From Nitrospinales bacterium (GTDB lineage Bacteria; Nitrospinota; Nitrospinia; Nitrospinales; VA-1), in NCBI GenBank assembly GCA_965262115.1, contig OZ253496.1:2592001-2656000 (forward strand): DNA of 64,000 nt. The letters run 5' to 3'. This document shows, piece after piece, positions 51,384 to 60,107 of this stretch. Within the stretch, counting starts at the first letter, position 1. Each line of letters opens with the position of its first letter. The translations under genes were made by a program, and so were the position numbers. The notes under the pieces are model-generated. The model saw only the letters and a list, made by a program, of their open reading frames with translations. It had not been told where the DNA came from and did not search any database.

Positions 51384-51488
51384 TTCTTGTCTGTAACTCG
51401 GCAATTTTAAAAGCAAACGACCATATGGGGCATGAAGAAAAATGGCCTTTCGACCTTTGGTTATCCGAGGTTGGAGGGCTTTTTTTCA

Positions 51489-51822
51489 TCAAAACATCTC
51501 CAGTTGCAGAGGCTGGGGTTCTGTTTTTTTTTCTGCGGCGTCCCCAGAAGTTTTTAATATCACCGAACTGTTTGTCAGTGATGGTAATGATGCTCACCAT
51601 TCTCTTTTCCGGCAGCATGGATTTAATCCGTTGTGCGTGGACTTCGGCATTTTCGCCGCTGGCACAATGCCGGATATACACCGAGTACTGCATCATATCA
51701 AATCCATTTCTAAGCAGGCCCTTGCGAAAACGCGTGTAGGCTTTTCTCGCTTTTATGTCCCCGGTCGGTAAGTCAAATAACACCATAATCCACACGGCTC
51801 TGTATTTACTGAAAACGGTCAC
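51489..51822 (-). CDS. cas2: CRISPR-associated Cas2, with a +1 frameshift near the C-terminus
   Basis: WIMVLFDLPT, FRKGLL..GF.MMQYSVY, ITDKQF; GTGA overlap with cas1; expected tail QLEMF* is out of frame after an A9 run (51524-51532). Confidence 0.88.
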
Positions 51823-52703
51823 AAAACGGGATAATCGATTTTCTTCTGTTCCCCCGCAAAACATCGATAAACAGAGGCTGTTGTGTGGTGCAAACCGACT
51901 GTCAAGGGTCGTGTTTCCTTTTCAAAACGAACATCAGTCGTTAAAACTTTCAATAGTTCCTGCCTCATTTCCTTGTTTAGAGTTTCGCAATCCTCTTCTT
52001 CCTGGATGATTTGATAGACAGCTTTGTCGACAAAAGGCCGGTAGGGTTCCATGATATCGTCTGCCAGACAATAAGCGTTGTAGCGGTTGTGGTGGTGGAT
52101 GCCAAGCGTTGGCAGTAAACCTGAACTCACCAGAGACCGGGCTACCGCCGCCCACAGAACCATATAACCGTAATTCAACAGGTTGTTGGGAGTTTTACCA
52201 AAACGTTCGCGCCGGAATTCGTTGCCGAATAACCTGGGCCAGTAATAGCGGGATGCCTGGGCTTCAAGGTTGGACCGGTCGCCGGCCTTTACATCTTTTG
52301 CCAGCACTTTTAATCTTGCGGGCTCTTCGCCAATTTCTTCCAGAAACCTTGCCTGGTTTTTTATTTTTGTTTGCACCGTTTGTTTCCAAAGCGCTTTTTT
52401 TAACGGCACCGAGGCTTCGATCTGTTTCTGGAAACGCTCGGACTGTACTGAGTTTGTATCGAGCGGCAAAAGCAGTCCTGCCGGGTGGTGGTTTTTCGCG
52501 GACAGGATCACTGCGGCGTTGTTATCGAGCAAAGCCATTAAGCACCCGTGCGTGTAAAGTACCGCCGGATTGTCAATGAGCAGGACTCCTATGTCTTCTA
52601 TGGGTATTTTACCGGCCAGGGTTCCGTCCTGCTCAATAATCAGTTGATCGTGCTTGACGCTCAACCTGCTGGGATTTTCTATGGCTATCGTACGTTTAAT
52701 CAT
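51819..52703 (-). CDS. cas1: Type II CRISPR-associated Cas1
   Basis: IPIEDI, EAQASRYYW, NNLLNYGY, LGIHHHN..NAYCLADDIMEPYRP. Confidence 0.95.
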   Translation of the reverse strand: MIKRTIAIENPSRLSVKHDQLIIEQDGTLAGKIPIEDIGVLLIDNPAVLYTHGCLMALLDNNAAVILSAKNHHPAGLLLPLDTNSVQSERFQKQIEASVPLKKALWKQTVQTKIKNQARFLEEIGEEPARLKVLAKDVKAGDRSNLEAQASRYYWPRLFGNEFRRERFGKTPNNLLNYGYMVLWAAVARSLVSSGLLPTLGIHHHNRYNAYCLADDIMEPYRPFVDKAVYQIIQEEEDCETLNKEMRQELLKVLTTDVRFEKETRPLTVGLHHTTASVYRCFAGEQKKIDYPVL

Positions 52704-55089
52704 GGGCTTTACGAATCCTCCCCAGACGGTCGATGGTTATTTTTATTCCTTCGAAGCTTGAAAGAGTAGGGCGAAATACCCCAGGTTCCTTGCCATCATC
52801 ATTTTTTAACTTGGCAACTAGATGGTGACGGAGTGTGATTTGGTTGGAGATTATTTGCACCCGGTAGAGATGGGGACTCAAAGCCAGATGATCGGGGTTA
52901 TGCCAATCGATCTGGTTTTCCTCTACATCCAGTAAGACCATCTCGTTGACGGCCAGCGAACAGACAAATTCCTTACCCTCTCCCAGGTCGGGCCGGATAA
53001 CCAGTTCCTTGTTTTTCAATCTGCGTACGGCTTCGAACAGGGTGCAGACTTCTCCGCCCTGTCTGGTATTGCCTTTTTTATCCTGATACTTGTATAGGAC
53101 TACATGATGGTTTGCGCCTGGTTTCACGCCGGTTTTATTGCGGCGGGATAGCAGAATCATGTTGTTAAAAGGCTGATGAATGCGTACTTTTTTTATGGGA
53201 ATTTGTTTGCCCTTTACGGATTTCATATAAAGCGGGTTATCTTTAAAGGCGTTGTTGGGGATAGTGAATTTTTTCTGGCCGGGGTCCACTCCCAGGTCAC
53301 GCAGTCTTTCCTTGACAATTGCCCTGACCGTTTCATCAGCAATTTTTGCCACCATTGCAGTCTTTAAACTTTCAAGTGTTTTTCTGACTGCGTAAAGGGG
53401 TTGACCTTTTTCATCCCACAGCTGGGTTTTTCCGTAAAGGGTTTCCTCATGCAAGGCACCGCGAATTCGTTTGTTAACGCGATGCGATACCAATAGATTT
53501 TTAATGAAAGGCTCCATATCTTCCCGGAATGTGGGCCAGGGTTTTTCAAATCGTTCGCGGGTGGGGGACCGTTCGTATTTGTTATAACTGCTCAGCTTAT
53601 GCAATATGCCGTCATCGGTCATGGCGACCACTGCGGCATCGAGAGCGTGATGGCGGTGGTCTTCACGGTTCTTCAACTCGTGGCCTTCACCATTTTTGGA
53701 TAACAGACTGTTGAGCCCCCACAAATGGCGCAACTCCGCAGTGGCCTGGCCTTTGGTCACTCCGGTTTTGTATCCCAGTATTGCCAAAAGCTGTTGCGAC
53801 ATACGGCTCATGTATGCCGTATCATTTAATTGACGAGAGATGAAGTCACCGCCTATTTCTTTTTGCCGAAATTTCTTCTGTTTATTGAAGGGTAGAACCT
53901 TGATACGTTGCAGGATTTCATCATATTGTTCGGTTCCTTCATAAAACTCATAGGGGGTTTGGTTGCCTTTGCGTGCGTTTTCATCGATCCTGCATAGCGT
54001 TTTGTTGGCGAAAGAGTCGTCACCACAGCGGGAACGGGGTATGATGCTCAATCTGGAAATTGGGATTCCTGAACAGGTTGTTAAAGGATATAGAGTCTCC
54101 GGTATAGGGACAAATCTGCTTGCACTCTTTCCAGAGCTTGTATTTTTCAATGCTGTCATGGTTGACGAGAGTGCCTTCGGCTTCTAGTTCCCTGCCTATT
54201 TCCTGATGCGCTTCTTTTCTTCCCAAGTTGTCGAAGTGGATTTTCTTGCGTTTTTCTTTGGGCAGTTTTAAGTCGCGTACCAGTTCAACCCTGACTTCCT
54301 CGGGCTTGCCAAAGGTTTGTTCTATTTTTCTCATCAGCCTTGCCAGCTCATGAAGAGTTTGCGACACGATGGGGTTGCGAAACTTATCCATGAAATCTTC
54401 AAAACTTTCATAATCTTCCTGATTCGTGTAACCGGCCTTTTCTTTGGCGTCTGCCAGGTTCAGTCCGTCTTCAAGAAAAGGGCTGAGTTTGCGAATGGCT
54501 TTTTTTGAGAAGTGAGCGCAACCTTGCTCGAATCTTGTTTCTCGTGCCAGTTTCTCTGCCTGTTCCTGAGTAAGATTCCATTTTTCCTGCGCGTAATTTT
54601 CCAGCCAGTCCGGGTCATCGGCCTGGAACACCACCTGTTGAATGAGGTCCCTTTTTCCCAAATGTTTGTCCCACCAGGTTTTGCCAAACACTCTTGCTAA
54701 TCGGGTGCCCGAACGGTTGCCGATCAAACGTTTTTCGCCTCCCTGCTCCAGGTTGCACTCGGTTTCTTTAGGAAGCTCTAACAGCTTTTTTATCTGATCA
54801 AACTTTCTGTCTTCCTTTTGCCATAACTCCTGAATGAGTTTTTCGCGTTTTGCTTTTATTTCTGGATCAAACGGCTCTTCTGGCTTTCTGCTGAAGTTGT
54901 AGACCACGCCATCAGGATCTATAAATTCCAGTCGATTCACCTGTTCCAGGATTCGGAATCGTTGGAAATCGAGGCTGTTTTTGTGGCAACGTCTTTTTTC
55001 CGGAATATTTTTTTATTGAGTTTTAGTAGGCACCAGCCCAGAGAGTTTGTGCCCAAATCTATGCCCAGCCTGTAATTGATTCTATCCAC
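52696..55089 (-). pseudogene. cas9: Type II-C Cas9, fragmented (large internal deletion plus HNH frameshift)
   Basis: RuvC-I LGIDLGTNSLGW; RuvC-II NPIV..RVELVRD; HNH CPYTG..IEH/IIPRSR..DDSFANK; RuvC-III QLNDTAY, DHRHHALDA, LHEET. Confidence 0.92.
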
Positions 55090-55189
55090 ATGTTTCCCCC
55101 CAAAAAGTTTGCCTAAATAATTGAATATGTTATTATAACAGAAATATCCATAAATATGGAACACCGATTATTGGTCTAACCGGTAACAA

Positions 55190-55250
55190 GTGCTTGCCTG
55201 CGGGTAAGCGCACAAAATTAAAAGGCAGGCTGCGGCCTGCCTTTTTTATT
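55190..55250 (+). ncRNA. Possible tracrRNA 3' remnant or terminator (two TGCG-loop hairpins plus U-tract)
   Basis: GTGCTTGCC-TGCG-GGTAAGCGC and AAAGGCAGGC-TGCG-GCCTGCCTTT followed by Ts, divergent from cas9; no anti-repeat found. Confidence 0.35.
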
Positions 55251-55325
55251 TGGAATGATCTCGTAGGTGACCCAGCCCCGTTTTGGTCGGGGTGTTTTTT
55301 GTCCTGCGCCAGAACAGACAGCGAC

Positions 55326-55353
55326 CTCCTGAATCCCCCTTATCAGAGGGAGG
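55326..55353. repeat. REP-like palindrome
   Basis: CCTCCTGAATCCCCCTTATCAGAGGGAGG, resembling the reverse complement of the 8461 repeat. Confidence 0.5.
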
Positions 55354-55513
55354 TTCAGCATACTTTCTCCCTGCTTTCATGCCGGGCACAATGAGCAAGT
55401 TCTTTGGACCGAGACAACTCTTTGCTAGCCAAAAATAGTTATTGCCAGTTGGCCCCCACCTAGCAGGTTGCTGAAAAACTCCCAGAGCGGTCAGAGTCGT
55501 ACGCTTTCGCTTA

Positions 55514-55825
55514 TCACGCAATTGTCCCTCGGTAGGTGGTTGCCAACGTTCCTTTGTAGGGTTTAACTTTGATTTGTTTGGCCTGTTCGTTGACGTTGGC
55601 GGCATCATACTGTAATTGCAATGCCATCCACCCGTCTGGCGTTGACCCAAAGGCTTTGGAAAGCCGGATCGCCATGTCCCAGGATAACGCGGTCTTTTTA
55701 TTGACCAGCAGGCTCAAGGTTTGTCGGGTGACGCCTAGAATTTTTGCGCCTTCCGTAATACTCAACCCATAGGGTTCCAGGCAATCAATTTTCACTCCTA
55801 AACCGGGATGCGGCGGGTTTTTCAT
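55514..55825 (-). CDS. higA: HigA family antitoxin
   Basis: MKNPPHPG, HTH LGVTRQTLS, MAIRLSKAFG, W..LQ..YD. Confidence 0.93.
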   Translation of the reverse strand: MKNPPHPGLGVKIDCLEPYGLSITEGAKILGVTRQTLSLLVNKKTALSWDMAIRLSKAFGSTPDGWMALQLQYDAANVNEQAKQIKVKPYKGTLATTYRGTIA

Positions 55826-55837
55826 TCGTTTTTTCTC

Positions 55838-56116
55838 CTAATGATAATCCTCAAAGTTCACATCAAAAGCATTGCCACTTTCAAACCGGAAGGTGATCCG
55901 CCAATTGGCCCGGACGGTTACACTCCAAGTTCCTTTCCGATCCCCTTTAAGTCCATGGGTGTGGTAAGAATGCACGTTCATAGCCTCAAGGATTCTGGCG
56001 GTGTTCAAACGACCTAATATTAAACTGATCCGGTCCTGCATATCGCGGGGCAACCGTCGCGCATCACCCTCCTCAAAAAACCGCTTCAGTCCCCGGTGCT
56101 TGAAGCTTTTGATCAT
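55838..56116 (-). CDS. higB: HigB family (RelE-like) toxin
   Basis: MIKSFKHRGL, HGLKGDR, WSVTVRANWRITFRF, EDYH. Confidence 0.93.
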   Translation of the reverse strand: MIKSFKHRGLKRFFEEGDARRLPRDMQDRISLILGRLNTARILEAMNVHSYHTHGLKGDRKGTWSVTVRANWRITFRFESGNAFDVNFEDYH

Positions 56117-56122
56117 TGACTA

Positions 56123-56151
56123 ACTGTAAGCCGTCAAATGACGTTTGTCAA
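56123..56151 (-). promoter_or_regulatory. higBA promoter with palindromic operator (likely leaderless mRNA)
   Basis: TTGACA-17 nt-TACAGT, ATG 6 nt after the -10; CGTCA-TT-TGACG dyad in the spacer. Confidence 0.72.
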
Positions 56152-56564
56152 GTGGATCGTAGGGGATCAATGCGAGTGGCTTCTTTCTCAAGGAGCCAAG
56201 CCATTTCCAGCGTTTGCAGGATTAGTTTGCCTTGTGGGTTGAGTCCCTAGTGAGATGCCGGTTTGGGTTTTTCCTTTTTTTTGGTTTGTGGACTTAAACG
56301 CTTTGAAATGAATTGAATAGGAAAGATTGCCCACCTCATTTCCCTTCCCAGCTTGTCCTGCCTTTAAAGATGGCTTGAAATATCCCTTATATTTGTTAAA
56401 TTAACATTATATAAGGTTTTGACTTTCGCCGCGAAATTTGGAATGTTTATAGTTCTTAATCATCAGGATTAGAAGTTAGTTGATAGCGGCTCTTGTTTCA
56501 TGGTTTGAGGAAGTAGGAGTAACTTCCCCGGTTGGCGGGTGTACTATTTACCAAACGAGGTGAT

Positions 56565-58652
56565 ATGAAACAATATAAACTTCAGGATATCAGAAATATT
56601 GGATTGGTGGGCCACGGGGGATCGGGAAAAACATCTTTAGCCGAAGCGATTTTGTATTTTACCGGAGTCTCTGACCGATTGGGTCAAGTGGGCGATGTCT
56701 CATCCGTTATGGATTATGATCCAGATGAAATAAGGCGTGGGCATTCCATAGACGCCTCGGTCTCGTTTTGTGAAGTGGACGGAACCAAATTAAACCTCGT
56801 TGACATGCCGGGGAGCAGTAACTTCATCGCTGATACGCCTGCCTGCCTCAGGGTGGTCGATGGTTTGATTTTTGTGATCAGCGCCGATGAAGGGGTGCAG
56901 TTTTATACGGAAAAAATATGGAACTGGGCCGACAAGTTGAACCTGCCCAGAATTATTTTTCTGAATAAGATGGACCATGAACGGGCTAATATCGCTCCCA
57001 TCCTGGAATCCATTAAAAAGAAATTCAAAAAAAACCCGGTTTTTATGCAACTCCCTAATGCCACCGGGGAAAATTTTTCAGGGCTTGTGGACCTTATCGA
57101 TAATCATTATGTCTCCTATGACAAAAATGGTAAAGGGAATGGCAAGACAGGGGAAACACCTGCTGATATTAAAGATGAAATGGAACTCAGCCATGCTGAT
57201 TTGATGGAAGCAGTGGCGGAAGTCGATGATGATCTGATTGAAACATATCTTGAGCAGGGAGAGTTGAACGAGGAGGAATTTTCCAAAGGATTAAAAGAGG
57301 GCATCCGAAATGGTCAGTTGATCCCTGTGCTTGGAGGGTCGGCTTTGCGTAATATGGGTGTGGATCTTCTGCTCAAGGCGGCCATTAAATATCTTCCTTC
57401 GCCTGATTTGCGGGATCCGGTGACGGCAAAACGATTGAAGGATGATTCGGAGGTTACCTGTTCCGCGAATGGCAGTAACTCGGCTTCGGGTCTGGTGTTC
57501 AAAACCATTGCCGACCCCTATGCTGGAAAACTGACTTTATTTAGAATGTTTTCGGGTTCTCTTAAAGGGGACTCCACTGTTTACAATTCTACTCAGGATG
57601 TGAATGAACGTGTGGGGCAGTTGTATATGCTCCAGGGCAAAAAGCAGATTCAGGTTTCTGAAATCTCCGAGGGAGATATGGGAACTGTGGCCAAGTTGAA
57701 GTCAACGATAACCGGTGACACATTTTCGGATGCAGAGGAGAAGGTGGTTTTCCCGCCCATTGCTTTTCCATTGCCGGTTTTTTCCCGGGCATTGGAACCT
57801 AAAACAAGGGCCGACGAAGAAAAAATTAGTAGTTCTCTGCATAGGCTGTTGGAAGAGGATCCAACCCTGAAGATGGAAAGGAATGCTCAAACCGGACAGT
57901 TGTTGCTCTCTGGATTGGGCCAGGTTCACTTTGATGTAACGCTGGAGAGATTGAAACGACGTTTCGGCGTTGAGGTGGTTGTCAAGGCGCCCAAAGTCCC
58001 TTATCGTGAAGCGATTAAACGTTCTACAAAGGTGCAGGGAAAATATAAAAAACAAACGGGCGGGAAGGGCCAGTTTGGAGACACCTGGATAGAAATCTCT
58101 CCCTTGAAGAGGGGAGAGGGCTATATTTTTGAGGATAAAATTGTTGGAGGCGCTATCCCCAAGACTTATATTCCTGCTGTTGACAAGGGAATTCAGGAGG
58201 CAATGGCCAATGGCATCATCGCGCATTACCCGATGGTCGACGTAAAGGTGAGTCTATATGATGGGTCTTACCATAATGTGGATTCATCGGAAATGGCGTT
58301 CAAGATTGCCGGTTCACTTGGATTCAAAAAAGGAGTCATGGATTGTAAACCGATTCTTACCGAACCGATCATGAATATGGAAATCGTGGTGCCGGGTGAC
58401 CATGTTGGGGATATAATGGGCGATATCAATTCCAAGCGCGGTAAGATTCAGGGGATTGATCCTGGGGATGGCACCCAGACCATCCGTGCGTATGTGCCGA
58501 TGGCGGAAGTCTTGAATTATGCTGCTGACCTGACTTCCATGACGGGAGGGCAGGGTATGTTTGTCATGGAATATGATCATTATGAGGACGTCCCGGAACA
58601 TTTGATGAAAAAAATTATTGATGAAGCCAACCAGGCCTATGAAGAAAAATAG
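56565..58652 (+). CDS. fusA: Elongation factor G paralogue (EF-G2-like)
   Basis: GHGGSGKTS, RGHSI, DMPG, NKMD, KKQTGGKGQFG, DGSYHNVDSSEMAF; not in an str operon. Confidence 0.88.
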   Translation: MKQYKLQDIRNIGLVGHGGSGKTSLAEAILYFTGVSDRLGQVGDVSSVMDYDPDEIRRGHSIDASVSFCEVDGTKLNLVDMPGSSNFIADTPACLRVVDGLIFVISADEGVQFYTEKIWNWADKLNLPRIIFLNKMDHERANIAPILESIKKKFKKNPVFMQLPNATGENFSGLVDLIDNHYVSYDKNGKGNGKTGETPADIKDEMELSHADLMEAVAEVDDDLIETYLEQGELNEEEFSKGLKEGIRNGQLIPVLGGSALRNMGVDLLLKAAIKYLPSPDLRDPVTAKRLKDDSEVTCSANGSNSASGLVFKTIADPYAGKLTLFRMFSGSLKGDSTVYNSTQDVNERVGQLYMLQGKKQIQVSEISEGDMGTVAKLKSTITGDTFSDAEEKVVFPPIAFPLPVFSRALEPKTRADEEKISSSLHRLLEEDPTLKMERNAQTGQLLLSGLGQVHFDVTLERLKRRFGVEVVVKAPKVPYREAIKRSTKVQGKYKKQTGGKGQFGDTWIEISPLKRGEGYIFEDKIVGGAIPKTYIPAVDKGIQEAMANGIIAHYPMVDVKVSLYDGSYHNVDSSEMAFKIAGSLGFKKGVMDCKPILTEPIMNMEIVVPGDHVGDIMGDINSKRGKIQGIDPGDGTQTIRAYVPMAEVLNYAADLTSMTGGQGMFVMEYDHYEDVPEHLMKKIIDEANQAYEEK

Positions 58653-58704
58653 CAGGAATGACAGAAGATATTAAAAAAGGCTATCATTTTTTGAGGGAAC
58701 AGTT

Positions 58705-59034
58705 TTGAATAAAGCCGATTTAAATGGAACTCTGGTGAAGGCGGATATTGTTGACCAGGTTTATGAGAAAGTCGGGTTCACACGCCAGGAAGCTGCCCAG
58801 GCTGTGGAGATTTTGTTTGACGAAATTAAATCTGAATTGGCTCATGGCAACAACGTCCGTATCTCAAGGTTTGCCAGTTTTATTTTACGGGAGAAAAAGG
58901 CCCGCAATGCCCGCAATCCCAAAACCGGTGAAACGATTCGTATTCGTCCCCGGACGGTATTGACCTTTAAACCCAGTAAACAGCTACTGGACTCCACCAA
59001 CCAATCTTCCTGTGATGACAACTCTGATTCCTGA
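58705..59034 (+). CDS. ihfA: Integration host factor alpha subunit
   Basis: [25 protein letters not shown]; followed by a MerR-like gene as is typical. Confidence 0.85.
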   Translation: MNKADLNGTLVKADIVDQVYEKVGFTRQEAAQAVEILFDEIKSELAHGNNVRISRFASFILREKKARNARNPKTGETIRIRPRTVLTFKPSKQLLDSTNQSSCDDNSDS

Positions 59035-59377
59035 TAAGTTATTTTTTAAGATTGGTGAAGTTGCGGACCTGGCTGGCGTGGAGCAACATGTTTTACGCTA
59101 TTGGGAGGGCGAAATCGATGCGCTGAAACCGAACAAAAACAAATCTGGCCAAAGGTTGTATCAGAAAAGGGATGTCGAACTGGTCCTGGAAATCAAACGC
59201 CTGCTTTATACAGAAAAATTCACCATCGCCGGTGCCAAAAATAAACTGAAAAGGTTTAAAAGAAAAGGCACCCAAATGGATTTCGCCTATGACCGGGAGT
59301 CTTTCCTGGAATGGAAAAGGGAAATGAAAAATGAGTTGGAGTCTATTTTAAAAACTCTTGGCAATCCAAAGGGTTGA
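59015..59377 (+). CDS. MerR family transcriptional regulator (ihfA-associated)
   Basis: [34 protein letters not shown]. Confidence 0.9.
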   Translation: MTTLIPDKLFFKIGEVADLAGVEQHVLRYWEGEIDALKPNKNKSGQRLYQKRDVELVLEIKRLLYTEKFTIAGAKNKLKRFKRKGTQMDFAYDRESFLEWKREMKNELESILKTLGNPKG

Positions 59378-59404
59378 AAAACTCCTATCCCCTTTGCAGG
59401 CAAT

Positions 59405-59440
59405 AAAAAACCTCCCGGGGGAAAGCCGGGAGGTTTTTTT
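59405..59440. terminator. Bidirectional Rho-independent terminator
   Basis: AAAAAACCTCCCGG-GGGAAAG-CCGGGAGGTTTTTT between convergent genes. Confidence 0.85.
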
Positions 59441-59460
59441 ATTGAAGGACAGTCTGTTTT

Positions 59461-59934
59461 TCAGGAAAACGCTTTTTTTGCCACCCCTACCAGTGCATCC
59501 ACAGTTCTGCACCCCAATAGCTCCGCATCTTCCCGGGCGATCTGCTCGCCATTCGCATCCACTGCAATGACAGAGCGTTGCAGGTAACGGCTTTTGACCC
59601 CTTCCAGCGTCAGCTTGTTGGCATTGCCAAACTCCTGACTCACATCTTGGAACACATTGGGCAGACCTCTTCCTGCGTTACTCAAAATATCGGTTCCTAC
59701 CACAATAATAACTTCATCAACGCCTGCGGCTTTAAATTTGTCCTGGTTATCTTTGACAATGTCAAATTCTTGGTTGCAGAAACCGCCAGCGCCCGGAAGG
59801 GTGATAATGAGTCTCTTGCCCTTGAAATCGTCAATTGACAGTTCCTGTTCCAGTGGTGTGGAGGCGACTTTTTCTACCGACCATTCCGGATTTAACCTGA
59901 TTAATTTTACATTGTTGCCTGGCAGTTTTGCCAT
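59461..59934 (-). CDS. Atypical peroxiredoxin/redoxin (Prx5-like)
   Basis: FKGKRLII.LPGA...C, KAAGVDEVI, D...EFG, LQRSVI; AGGAGG RBS. Confidence 0.7.
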   Translation of the reverse strand: MAKLPGNNVKLIRLNPEWSVEKVASTPLEQELSIDDFKGKRLIITLPGAGGFCNQEFDIVKDNQDKFKAAGVDEVIIVVGTDILSNAGRGLPNVFQDVSQEFGNANKLTLEGVKSRYLQRSVIAVDANGEQIAREDAELLGCRTVDALVGVAKKAFS

Positions 59935-60107
59935 GGAAAAACCTCCTTTTTAGGTTGTTGAGAGACACCTTTAAGATGTCCGAGCGTGCGGAAAGATGCA
60001 AAAATTGTAGAAATATATTTTCATCCCTTTACCCTAGGTACCATATTGATTTTGTATACTTACTCTGGCTATGGCGAAATAAAGTTTATTCTGCTAATCT
60101 ATGAGTA

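Noticed and set aside
51316..51488. C-terminally extended Cas2 fusion (182-aa ORF)
   Set aside because: The extension is read-through of the leader and repeats caused by one extra base in an A9 run; the normal QLEMF* end is present in another frame.
55406..55420. GGACCGAGACAACTC as a tracrRNA anti-repeat
   Set aside because: It needs two gaps to match the repeat complement, lacks the terminal ACAAC and has no downstream hairpin or terminator.
56150..56340. c-di-GMP riboswitch-like GGCAAAC upstream of higB
   Set aside because: No GAAA tetraloop stem or GCAAAGC second motif, and it lies upstream of the predicted higB promoter.
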